From Spirochaetota bacterium (GTDB taxonomy: Bacteria > Spirochaetota > UBA6919 > CBDBPB01), in NCBI GenBank assembly GCA_965208615.1, contig CBDBPB010000006.1, positions 1-64,000 on the forward strand: 64,000 bases of DNA, given 5' to 3'. The notes beneath the pieces were generated by a model, which searched no databases, was not told where the DNA came from, and worked only from the letters and a program-made list of their open reading frames with translations. How positions within the stretch are numbered: the first letter of the stretch is position 1; every line of letters begins with the position of its first letter. The position numbers and the translations under genes were made by a program. Of the stretch, positions 31,445 through 40,933 are shown one piece after another.

Positions 31445-32357
31445 ATGCACTTATTATCGCTTAAGGAGTGGGATAAAGACGTTATAGAAGAGGTGGTTGA
31501 CAAGGCCATTTATATAAAGACTAATCAAAAGGAGTTTTATAATATCCTTTATATGAGATCTATGGCTATGCTTTTTCAGAAAACGTCTACTAGAACAAGG
31601 GTTTCATTCGAGGTTGGTATTGGTCAGTTGGGTGGTCAGGCATTATATATTGACTGGAGAACGTCTAATTTTACTTTATCTGACTTAAAAGATGAGGTAC
31701 GTTATTTATCCAGGAATGTTAATATTATTTTAGCTAGGCTTTTGAGCTATGACGATTTGACTATTTTGGGTAAATATTCAATTGTACCTGTGATTAATGG
31801 GTGTTGTGATAAGTTTCATCCTTGCCAGATTATTAGTGATTTGGTTACTATAAAAGAAAAGTTTAATAGGTTATCTGGCGTGACATTAGTTTATGTGGGT
31901 ATTCATAATAATGTGACTAATTCATTAGTTTTGGCGGCTCATAAGGTTGGTATTAATTTAGTTTTGGTTACTCCTGATATTAATAAGCCTTGTATTGATG
32001 ATGAGGTTATGGAATTAGTTAAATCTAGTACTAGTATAAGTGTTAGTAATAATTTAAGGGAGTCTCTTAAGAATGCGGATATTGTTTATACTGATAGTTG
32101 GGTGGATATGGAGTTTTTTAATGATTCTAAGTTTGAAAAAGAGAAAAAGAGAAGAATTGATCTTATGACGCCTTATCAGTTAAACGAGGATAATTTAAGG
32201 GGGGCTAATGTTTTGGTTATGCATGACATGCCTATTCACGAGGGTTATGAGATTAGTCGTTCGGTTATAGAGAGTGAGAGGTCTATTATATTTGATCAGA
32301 GGTGAGAATCGTCTTCATGGCCAGAAGGCGGTTTTATTAAGGCTTTTGAATAATTAG
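31445..32357 (+). CDS. argF: Ornithine carbamoyltransferase (indel near 32300)
   Basis: STRT, HPCQ, YTDSWVDM, MHDMP; after IFDQ a shifted frame gives GENRLHGQKAVLLRLLNN to the TAG at 32357. Confidence 0.88.
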
Positions 32358-32365
32358 GTGATAAC

Positions 32366-33331
32366 ATGAATATATTGGTAACGGGTGGTGCAGGGTTTAT
32401 AGGTTCACATTTATGCGAGTATTTAAGTAGTAAAGGACATCAGATATTTTGTTTGGATAATTTTAATAATTTTTATGATCCTCTTATAAAGCGTAATAAT
32501 ATTAAGGGTTTGCTTAACAGCGATCATTTTACACTTTTTGAGGTTGATTTTACTGAGTATAACAAGCTAGAGGCTATTTTTAAGGATTACTCATTTGATA
32601 TGATAATTCATTTAGCGGCAATGGCTGGCGTTAGGCCTAGTATAGAGGATCCACTTTTGTATAATAAGGTTAATATTACTGGCCTAATGCACTTATTAGA
32701 GATGGCTAAGGTGTTTAATGTACCTTATTTTATATTTGGATCGTCGTCATCGATTTATGGACTAAATAAGAAAACTCCTTTTTCTGAGGATGACTTTGTT
32801 GACTATCCAATATCGCCTTATGCGGCTACTAAGAAGGCTGGTGAGCTTATATGTCATACATATTATCATCTTCATAAGATTAGTATTATATCCCTAAGGT
32901 TTTTCACAGTATACGGCCCAAGACAGAGGCCTGACTTAGCAATACATAAGTTTACTGATTTGATTGATAGTGGTATAGCAATTCCAAAGTTTGGTGATGG
33001 CACTACTAAACGTGATTATACTTATGTGGATGATATTATTGATGGTATTGAAAAGTCTGTCAATTGGATTACAGAGCAAAAAGGACCTATTTATGAAGTT
33101 TTTAATCTTGGTGAGTCTCAGACTGTTGAGCTTAATAAGTTAATTTCTCTTATTGAAAGTGCATTAAATAAAACCGCTATTATTAAAGAGTTAGCCAATC
33201 AGCCTGGGGATGTACCTATTACTTTTGCTAATATTGACAAAGCTATACGTATATTGGGTTATAATCCTAAAACCAAGATCGAAGACGGTATTTTTAAGTT
33301 TATTAGTTGGTTTAGAGGGCTTAATATTTAG
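32366..33331 (+). CDS. NAD-dependent nucleotide-sugar epimerase (UDP-glucuronate 4-epimerase-like)
   Basis: TGGAGFIG, HLAAMAGVRPS, YAATK, LRFFTVYGPRQRPDLA, QPGDV. Confidence 0.88.
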   Translation: MNILVTGGAGFIGSHLCEYLSSKGHQIFCLDNFNNFYDPLIKRNNIKGLLNSDHFTLFEVDFTEYNKLEAIFKDYSFDMIIHLAAMAGVRPSIEDPLLYNKVNITGLMHLLEMAKVFNVPYFIFGSSSSIYGLNKKTPFSEDDFVDYPISPYAATKKAGELICHTYYHLHKISIISLRFFTVYGPRQRPDLAIHKFTDLIDSGIAIPKFGDGTTKRDYTYVDDIIDGIEKSVNWITEQKGPIYEVFNLGESQTVELNKLISLIESALNKTAIIKELANQPGDVPITFANIDKAIRILGYNPKTKIEDGIFKFISWFRGLNI

Positions 33332-34070
33332 GGCTTTTTGCATTATGTAGAATACATATCCGTAATATTTTGAGTATTTTTTATATAAGTTAATCTCTAG
33401 TTGTTCTTCTTTGGCTATTTTTAGGGCATCATTATTATTTTGGTATTTAGTTATAAAGGCGTTAATATTGTTTTGGAGTGGGTTATAGTAGTCATCGAAC
33501 CAGGCATTTTCTGATAGTATAAAGTGGTTAATTATGTTATAGCCTGCATTTTTGATTATATTTAGATTAGTTTGTATATTTTTAATATTTGGGTAATTAT
33601 CTTTCCAGAACTTTGTTATTTCGTTAGGCGGATCATCTTTAAGCCATGATATATGGCTAACAGCAATATACCCTTTTGTTTTTAGTAGTTTTTTCCATTG
33701 TTTTATTCCTTTTTCAAAGCCTATTATATATATTGATCCTTCTGCCCATATAGCATTAAACGAGTTATTTTTAAAGTTTAGGTTATTCATATCGGCATTT
33801 TCAGTTTTTATTTTGTCGAATAGCTTAAGCTTTTCTATTTGATTATTCAGGCTGTCCAAAAAGGGGTTGATGGTTATCTATGGCGGTAATAATAGAATTT
33901 GGGTTAATATTATATAGGTCTATAGTTTGTTTACCGTTAGCACAGCCAATATCTAGTATATGTGGGTTAGGACATAGATTTAAGCATTTATATGCTTTTT
34001 GGGTATAATAAGTATTACCTGGACCTTGTCTTGGTAGGTTGTTGTGTAGTTCGAAGAATAGCTTGTTCAT
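33191..34070 (-). CDS. Class I SAM-dependent methyltransferase (frameshift near 33857; true 3' end probably near 33330)
   Basis: LPRQGPG and ILDIGCANG in the first ORF; IWAEGSIYIIGFEKG and YYGYVFYI in the second. The tail overlapping the epimerase gene looks spurious. Confidence 0.8.
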
Positions 34071-35110
34071 TTTGCTACTTCAGTTATCAGTTGTCCACAT
34101 GCGGCTGATATATCTTTTCCTTTACGTTTTCTTTGTACAACTTCTATTTTTGAGTATTTAAATAGTTGATTAAAGAAGAATACATCACTATTTGACGGTG
34201 ATGTATATTCACAATTGGGTATGGGGTTAAATGGTATTAGGTTAAGGTTAAACTTTAGTTCTTTGGATAGTTTTATAATTTCTTTGGCATGTTTTTTAGT
34301 CATGTTTATATCTTTTATCATTACGTATTCTATGGTTATACGTTTATTAGTTTTTTGTTGATAATATTTGCATGCGTTTATTATATCTTTTAGGTTATTA
34401 TTTCTTTTAGAGAAGGGCATAAGTTTTTCTCTATCTGTTTGTGTGGGAGAGTTGAGGGATAGAGCAAGGTTTACATTTAATTCTTCATTAGCGAGTTTTC
34501 GTATACCTCTGGTTATGCCTGCTGTGGATAGGGTAATTCTTTTAGCACCGAAATTAGTTCCTTCTTTGGAGTTTATTATTTTTATAGACTTAATTACATT
34601 ATTATAGTTTAGTAAAGGCTCACCCATGCCCATGAATACTATATTATCTATGGAACCGTGATTTTTTTTAGCATGCATTAGTTGTGCGACTATTTCATCG
34701 GATAGTAAATTTCTTTTTAGTCCCATTTGTCCTGTTGAACAGAACGGACACTTAAGGGGACATCCTACTTGAGATGATATACACAGGGTAGTTTCGATTA
34801 TTATCAAATAATTATTTACAGATTCAATTTTATTATTGTCATTCAGGTTAAATAGGTATTTATATGTTTTACATTTGTAGTCTATTTGTTGTTTAGTTTG
34901 TTCTATTGGGTTTAGTATAAAGTTATTATTTAGTATATTTATTAGTGAGTTGGGGATGTTTGTTATATCTGAGAACTTATTTATTTCTTTTTGGTAGATA
35001 AAGTCATATATTTGTTTTGCTCTATAGGACTCATATTTATTGTTTATTAAGAATTGTTTTAATTCGTCAAAGGTTAGGGATAGGATTGACGGTATCTTAT
35101 TATTATTCAT
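34067..35110 (-). CDS. rlmN: Dual-specificity 23S rRNA/tRNA m2A methyltransferase
   Basis: CISSQVGCPLKCPFCSTG, FMGMGEPL, NLIPFN, DISAACGQL. Confidence 0.95.
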   Translation of the reverse strand: MNNNKIPSILSLTFDELKQFLINNKYESYRAKQIYDFIYQKEINKFSDITNIPNSLINILNNNFILNPIEQTKQQIDYKCKTYKYLFNLNDNNKIESVNNYLIIIETTLCISSQVGCPLKCPFCSTGQMGLKRNLLSDEIVAQLMHAKKNHGSIDNIVFMGMGEPLLNYNNVIKSIKIINSKEGTNFGAKRITLSTAGITRGIRKLANEELNVNLALSLNSPTQTDREKLMPFSKRNNNLKDIINACKYYQQKTNKRITIEYVMIKDINMTKKHAKEIIKLSKELKFNLNLIPFNPIPNCEYTSPSNSDVFFFNQLFKYSKIEVVQRKRKGKDISAACGQLITEVAK

Positions 35111-35239
35111 ATTAAAATATACTTATAACTTCATAAAAGTAAATTAAAATCTTGTATTATAGTTAGTTTTGCTTGGTATACAAAGCGGGATCATCAATTG
35201 TATTATTGAGTTTTCATGATTTTTTATATTGGGGGATAT

Positions 35240-35776
35240 ATGATTAATTTTAGATTATCTATAGGGGTTATTCTATTTATGGTATTAGGTTGTGGTGACA
35301 TAGAGGATAGAAAGCTTTATAACAAAGAGAATACAGATATATCTAAAGTAAAGATAGTTAAAAAGGGTTCTAGAATTAAGGTTCACTATATCCTTAAGCT
35401 GGATGATGGAACTGTTGTTATTAACTCAAGAAATACAGGGCCATTAGAGGTTAGAGTAGGGGATAAGCCTGGGATTAAGGAGTTTAATAATGCATTAGAG
35501 GGGATGAGATTAAACGATATTAAAAAGCTTATTATAGAGCCTCCTGGAGGATATGGTTATCGTGATGAAAATTTAGTTATGGATTTAAATAAAGATGAGT
35601 TTTTTGGTGAGAGTGCTGATCTAATAAGGGGTAGAACTGTTCATATAACAAAGGATGGAATTACAAAGCCGGCAAGAATAGTTAAAGTTGAAGGAGATAT
35701 TATAACTGTTGATTTTAATCATCCTATGGCTGGAAAGACTTTATATTATGAGATTGAGGTTGTTGATATTAATTAG
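35240..35776 (+). CDS. FKBP-type peptidyl-prolyl isomerase (SlyD/FkpB-like) with lipoprotein signal
   Basis: VLG-C lipobox; VHYILKLDDG, GYGYRD, VDFNHPMAGKTLYYEIEV. Confidence 0.85.
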   Translation: MINFRLSIGVILFMVLGCGDIEDRKLYNKENTDISKVKIVKKGSRIKVHYILKLDDGTVVINSRNTGPLEVRVGDKPGIKEFNNALEGMRLNDIKKLIIEPPGGYGYRDENLVMDLNKDEFFGESADLIRGRTVHITKDGITKPARIVKVEGDIITVDFNHPMAGKTLYYEIEVVDIN

Positions 35777-37493
35777 CTGAGGTATTCCTTATTAGTTTTT
35801 TGGTATTACTTATAAAGTTTTGTATTTTGTTAGCCAGCTTAGGATCATCATACATTGCATTGGGGACTATGAGAATAATTGCTTTATTATTAGTTGGAGG
35901 GGGATTATATGTAATTGTAATTTTTTTATTATTCTTTGATAGAATTATATCCCCTTTGTCATTTTTTATTCTATTATACCCCTTTTTTTGTAGATATAGG
36001 GCTAATGCTCTGTTATAAGCAGGCCAAAATAATAGATTAGGATGTTTTGGAAAAACTAATATAAAAGATGCAGGCGATGACTCAATAAGGCTAAATAACT
36101 GCCATCCTAGTTCAGGAAAGGGCTTATCTCTAGTTTCTCTAACATTATGATAGCCTTGTAGGTATGCCCCTGTATACCTAAGTCCGTCATGGGTATAGAT
36201 TTTTTGAGGTTCTCTGGTAATTCTTAAATATGGAAAGTAGTTATCTTTTACTTCAATAGAGTAAAACTGCATAAATAATATGAAAGTTAGTAGTCCATAT
36301 TTTAGGTATTTGGGATTTATTTTGGATTTTATATTATCTATTATATCGGCTAATAGTAGTGGGATAAAGAATAAAAGAGGGACTAAATATTTAGGGGAGC
36401 CTAATAGTTTTATTGGATACAAAAGAAAAACAAGGGGAATTAAAATTAAAAAGTTTATCCATTGTTTTAGTTTAATATTCTTCACTAAAAATAGAATACT
36501 GTAAAAATATATACAAAGCCATACAACAAGGGGAGTAAGAGAGAAAAAGTTGAATATCATATTTTCTAAAGTTAATCCCCAAAGTTTGGTTACGTTTTCA
36601 ATGCTATGAAAGTTTAGTATATCTAATAGTTTTTGTGGAGCAAAGATATTAAAGATAAGGGATATAATTAATATTATTAGTCCTCCTAGCAAAAAGGGGA
36701 TTATTGTTTTAAGGTTTTTGTTTTGTTGCAGGTAAATATATATTATCATGGGTAGACCAAGACAAAAGTCAATTCTAAAAAGGCAGGATATTGCAAATAT
36801 AACTCCGCTTGATAGGGCTAAGTACTTTTTCGGTTTATCCCTATAGCTATATACTAAAAATAGTGATATACCAAAGAATGCCATAGCAAAAGCTGTACTA
36901 TTATAATATAACATAGTCATAAAGAGTTCTGGCAGGATGAACAGTAAGGCAAAAGAAAGACCTATACTTAGTTGTTTTTTACTGTGTAAATAGATAGTTG
37001 CACTTAGGAAGGAAATACCTATACTTCCAAAGATTGCTGGAGTAATATATAAAAGTTCTATATCGTTAAATATATAGTAGATTAGTCGGTTTAGCTCAAA
37101 GGATAAGGGGTGCAGGTGATATCTATATGCTTCAGAGCCGTATTCTGCGGCATTAACAATTCCATCAATTTGTACTATATCATCTCCTTCAAAGCCGTTA
37201 CGGTTAGCAAAGTATATTCCAAAGGCTAAGCTAAGGGCATATATAACAATCATCCTTAGGTATAAGGAGTTAATAAAATAGTTATTAATAGGTTTAATAT
37301 ATTGCCATAATTTTAGTATGCCATCTTTTTTTTGATAGATTATTATTAAAGATCCGATAACTATTGATATAGCCTGAAAGAAGAGTATAGCGTCATATAA
37401 ATCTTTATTTAATGTTTTTATTAATCCAACTATTATTCCAAAAACTATTATTGCTATCGCTGTAATAGTTAATGGATTATTATAACTTTTCAT
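35769..37493 (-). CDS. Polytopic membrane protein, ArnT/PMT (GT-C)-like
   Basis: About 13 hydrophobic segments; acidic EGDD in the first loop; HPL, FR.D and PKYLVP motifs; soluble C-terminal tail. Confidence 0.45.
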   Translation of the reverse strand: MKSYNNPLTITAIAIIVFGIIVGLIKTLNKDLYDAILFFQAISIVIGSLIIIYQKKDGILKLWQYIKPINNYFINSLYLRMIVIYALSLAFGIYFANRNGFEGDDIVQIDGIVNAAEYGSEAYRYHLHPLSFELNRLIYYIFNDIELLYITPAIFGSIGISFLSATIYLHSKKQLSIGLSFALLFILPELFMTMLYYNSTAFAMAFFGISLFLVYSYRDKPKKYLALSSGVIFAISCLFRIDFCLGLPMIIYIYLQQNKNLKTIIPFLLGGLIILIISLIFNIFAPQKLLDILNFHSIENVTKLWGLTLENMIFNFFSLTPLVVWLCIYFYSILFLVKNIKLKQWINFLILIPLVFLLYPIKLLGSPKYLVPLLFFIPLLLADIIDNIKSKINPKYLKYGLLTFILFMQFYSIEVKDNYFPYLRITREPQKIYTHDGLRYTGAYLQGYHNVRETRDKPFPELGWQLFSLIESSPASFILVFPKHPNLLFWPAYNRALALYLQKKGYNRIKNDKGDIILSKNNKKITITYNPPPTNNKAIILIVPNAMYDDPKLANKIQNFISNTKKLIRNTSAN

Positions 37494-37510
37494 ATAAACT
37501 TTAGTTAGGC

Positions 37511-38731
37511 TTATTTAGTATTTAATGACCAGTCATAATTTAAAAATTTAATATCATAGACTAATAAATCTGATGCCTCATCTTTTTTGTATTTGTGTAT
37601 AAACTGCTTTAAGCCTGCAAACTCTCCAGTAAAGGCTGGCTTATAGGCATTATCTAGTATAAAGTCATTCTTAAACCAGTTAAAGATTCTACTAAGGCTA
37701 ATTACTTTATTTTTTTTATCAATTTTTAGTCCGTATGATGAGTTTAAGTAATTTTTTATGTTATTGTTTAGTACTTCGTTAATATTTTCACCTTTATAGC
37801 TAGTGCTTAGTAGTATAGGACATCCTTTAGCTCCGCATACAAGAGCAAAGTGTGTTTTATAGTTATTAAACTCTCTTTTTATGACGTTATTTTCTAAGTG
37901 GTTTAGCGACATTTTAGTACCTGCAACACTGTACTTTTTTCTATTGAAGAAATTACTAATAGTTCTAACTCCTTTATGGCTGTTTTTAATTTCGTTATAG
38001 TCGTCTAATACCATTTTTATAACTATGGCATTATATGCGTTAATATAGAATGCAAGACGATCATTTTTATTAAGTTTTTTTAGGTGTATATTTCTTTGAA
38101 CATACTTAAGGTAGTTGTAAAAATGCTTATTCCTAAACTTTGGATAATCAAGTAGTCCATTTTTAACATGGGTTTTAAGGAGATTATCATAATCTTTTTT
38201 AGCTTTTTCAATAAAACTTTTTGCTAATCCATATTCCAAAGGATATTTTCTTTTATTCCAGCCGTGCATACCCTCTGCTACGTTATATATATTAGTAAAG
38301 CCGTGTTTAGCCATTTCTTCGTATGCCCATAATGACCTTACTCCTAGAGTGCAAATTAGATATATTCTTTGATCTTTTTTTAGGTTATCAATTACGGTTT
38401 TTTCTTTTATTTTGTTATTTAGTCTGTCTATTATGTTTTTATAGTTTTGAAATAATGCTCCTTTTATATGTCCACCTTTAGTATTCCAATCTTTTAGCTC
38501 CATGTTATCAAATTCTTCGATAGATCGTACATCTAAGATTATAATTTCTTTTTTATTATTTTTAGCATTTTTCCATTTAGTATAAAGCTCTTCTATGCTA
38601 ATATTGTTAATTTTTGCAGTACGTCTTTTAATTGAGTCAAAGTCTATGCCTTGGTTGATAGACTTACTACAATTAGTTATCATGATTATGCTAAATATTA
38701 ATATTAATATTAAGTTAAGAGATTTTTTCAT
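37511..38731 (-). CDS. Lipoprotein with rhodanese domain fused to DUF547
   Basis: ITN-C lipobox; LDVRS..EF, GHIKGA, CTLGVRS, GMHGW; AFYINAYNA, HFALVCGAKGCP, SRIFNWF..DF, YDWSLN. Confidence 0.8.
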   Translation of the reverse strand: MKKSLNLILILIFSIIMITNCSKSINQGIDFDSIKRRTAKINNISIEELYTKWKNAKNNKKEIIILDVRSIEEFDNMELKDWNTKGGHIKGALFQNYKNIIDRLNNKIKEKTVIDNLKKDQRIYLICTLGVRSLWAYEEMAKHGFTNIYNVAEGMHGWNKRKYPLEYGLAKSFIEKAKKDYDNLLKTHVKNGLLDYPKFRNKHFYNYLKYVQRNIHLKKLNKNDRLAFYINAYNAIVIKMVLDDYNEIKNSHKGVRTISNFFNRKKYSVAGTKMSLNHLENNVIKREFNNYKTHFALVCGAKGCPILLSTSYKGENINEVLNNNIKNYLNSSYGLKIDKKNKVISLSRIFNWFKNDFILDNAYKPAFTGEFAGLKQFIHKYKKDEASDLLVYDIKFLNYDWSLNTK

Positions 38732-39006
38732 ATCTATGCCTTGGTTTATAAACCTTTGTTATTAAAGTTATTATTTTATTAAGTAAGGTTTTACGTAAAA
38801 AGCTTAAATATATCTTTTAAATAAAGATACATAATTTATTTTATTTGGCATATATGTTTTTTTTTATTATGATAGTTTTTTTTTTTATATAGTTGATATT
38901 ATATTAATACTATTGCACTTTGTATTTTAAAGTGTATTTAATATTATCAATATATTTTAGTTTTTGTTAGGTGTTATTTCATTCATATATTTTAGTGGAG
39001 GTTTAT

Positions 39007-40341
39007 ATGCCTAATCCTATTAAAGAAGGCGGTTTAGAGGCCCCTAAAAGAAAAAGTTGGGATTGGAAGAAAAAAAGCTTTTATGATGAAAGAGACTTAT
39101 TTCTTGAACTTGAAAGAGTATTTGATATATGTCATGGTTGTAGGCGTTGTTTTAATTTATGTAATGCTTTTCCTCTTTTGTTTGATATGATAGATAGTTC
39201 ATCTAGTGGAGAGCTTGATGGTGTTAATAGAAATAGGTATTGGGATATAGTTTCTGACTGCTATTTATGTGATATGTGTTTTATGGCTAAATGTCCTTAT
39301 ATACCTCCTCATCCTTTTAATATAGATTTTCCTGGTTTGATGTTAAGAGCAAAAGCTATTAGGTTTAAGAAAAAGGGGCTAACTTTTAGGGATAGAATAA
39401 TTAGTAATACAGATCTTCTTGGAAAGCTTAGTAGTATTCCTATTATTGCTCCTATCGTCAACTTAAAGATGAGAATACCCTTTATTCGCTGGGCAATGGA
39501 AAAGATAGTTAATATTCACTCTAAAGCTAAATTACCTAAGTTTAATGCTTATACCTTAAGACAGCGTATGTCTAAAAGAAAGCTAGCTCATGTTGATATA
39601 AATCCTGGTACTAAAACAACGGCTAGAGTTGTTTTATTTTCAACTTGTTATATAAACTATAATATGCCTAATTTGGGTGAGGATATTATAAAGGTTTTTG
39701 AACATAATAGCATTAAGGTTGTTTTAGCAAAAGCGGAAATATGTTGTGGGATGCCAAAGCTTGAGTTGGGGGATATTAATTCTGTTGTTAAGTCAATTGA
39801 TTATAATACAGATATTCTTTATAAATTTGTAAATGATGGTTGGGATATTGTTATTCCAATGCCTTCGTGTGCATTTATGGTTAAGGAAGTATGGCCTTTA
39901 TTGAAAAATGATGATAAGGTGAATATCGTTAGTCAAAGGGCTTTTGATCCATTTGAATACCTTATGAAAAGGCATAGTGAGGGACTTTTAAACCTTAGCT
40001 TTGTAAATAGCCTTGGAAAGATATCCCTGCATATACCCTGTCATAGTAGGGCTCAGAATATGGGTATGAAGACTTATGATTTTCTATCTTTAATACCTAA
40101 TACTTCAGTTTCGTCTATAGAGAGGTGTTCTGGCCATAATGGGACTTACTCATTTAAAAGTGAATCCCATATAAAGTCAATGAAGATTTGTGAGCCTGTT
40201 GCTAAACGGGTTAAAAACCTTAAGTCAGACTGTTATTCTAGTGATTGTCCTATGGCGGCTAAGCAAATAGAAAACTGTTTATCTGATGATAGTGAGTCTG
40301 TGCATCCGTTTACACTGGCAAGAAAAGCGTATGGGATATAA
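39007..40341 (+). CDS. Fe-S oxidoreductase (GlpC/HdrD-like, rubrerythrin-associated type)
   Basis: EGGLEAP.R, CHGCRRCFNLC..FP, CYLCDMC...CPY, CCGMP, ERCSGH, SDCP; GGAGG RBS before the ATG at 39007. Confidence 0.8.
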   Translation: MPNPIKEGGLEAPKRKSWDWKKKSFYDERDLFLELERVFDICHGCRRCFNLCNAFPLLFDMIDSSSSGELDGVNRNRYWDIVSDCYLCDMCFMAKCPYIPPHPFNIDFPGLMLRAKAIRFKKKGLTFRDRIISNTDLLGKLSSIPIIAPIVNLKMRIPFIRWAMEKIVNIHSKAKLPKFNAYTLRQRMSKRKLAHVDINPGTKTTARVVLFSTCYINYNMPNLGEDIIKVFEHNSIKVVLAKAEICCGMPKLELGDINSVVKSIDYNTDILYKFVNDGWDIVIPMPSCAFMVKEVWPLLKNDDKVNIVSQRAFDPFEYLMKRHSEGLLNLSFVNSLGKISLHIPCHSRAQNMGMKTYDFLSLIPNTSVSSIERCSGHNGTYSFKSESHIKSMKICEPVAKRVKNLKSDCYSSDCPMAAKQIENCLSDDSESVHPFTLARKAYGI

Positions 40342-40344
40342 TTT

Positions 40345-40926
40345 ATGGAAAAACTTACTCGTAAAGATTTGTTTTCGCTGGAAGAGTATTCAGAAAAGCG
40401 AACTGAATTTAAAAAGAAGGTTATGGAACACAAAAAGAATAGATATATACAAATAGGCTTAAATACCTCTTTGTATTTTGAGAATCGTCTTACAATGCAC
40501 TACCAAATACAGGAGATGCTTAGAGCAGAAAGGATTTTTGAGGCATCTGGGATAGATGCTGAACTAGCCGTATATAACCCCCTTATTCCGGATGGTTCAA
40601 ACTGGAAAGCAACTTTTATGATCGAATTTGCTGATGTAGATAAACGACGATCTGCTCTTGCTAAGATGATTCATATTGAGGATAAAGTTTGGGTAGAGGT
40701 TAAAGGTTATGGTCGTGTGTGGTCTATTGCAGATGAAGACTTAGAAAGAGAGAATATGAAAAAAACATCTTCTGTTCATTTTTTACGTTTTGAACTTAAT
40801 CCAGAGATGATAGCAGGATTAAAGGCTGGAAGATCTGTTGCTATGGGAATAGATCATCCTGAATACTGCTATAAGGTTGACTCTATTCCTACAGCAGTAA
40901 GGGAAAGCCTTTTATGTGATTTTTAG
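40345..40926 (+). CDS. DUF3501 family protein
   Basis: FENRLTMHYQIQEMLRAE, YNPLIP, ATFMIE, KTSSVHFLRF, GIDHP. Confidence 0.85.
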   Translation: MEKLTRKDLFSLEEYSEKRTEFKKKVMEHKKNRYIQIGLNTSLYFENRLTMHYQIQEMLRAERIFEASGIDAELAVYNPLIPDGSNWKATFMIEFADVDKRRSALAKMIHIEDKVWVEVKGYGRVWSIADEDLERENMKKTSSVHFLRFELNPEMIAGLKAGRSVAMGIDHPEYCYKVDSIPTAVRESLLCDF

Positions 40927-40933
40927 TAATAGT

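Noticed and set aside
13800-32305. Stop-codon reassignment or selenocysteine read-through at premature TAG/TGA codons (13802, 20636, 32305)
   Set aside because: In each case the homologous sequence continues in a different frame, so these are indels; TAG and TGA also end other genes normally.
33191-33331. Genuine 140-bp convergent overlap between the methyltransferase and epimerase
   Set aside because: Methyltransferase similarity ends at YVFYIMQK; the extension is probably read-through from another indel or a lost stop.
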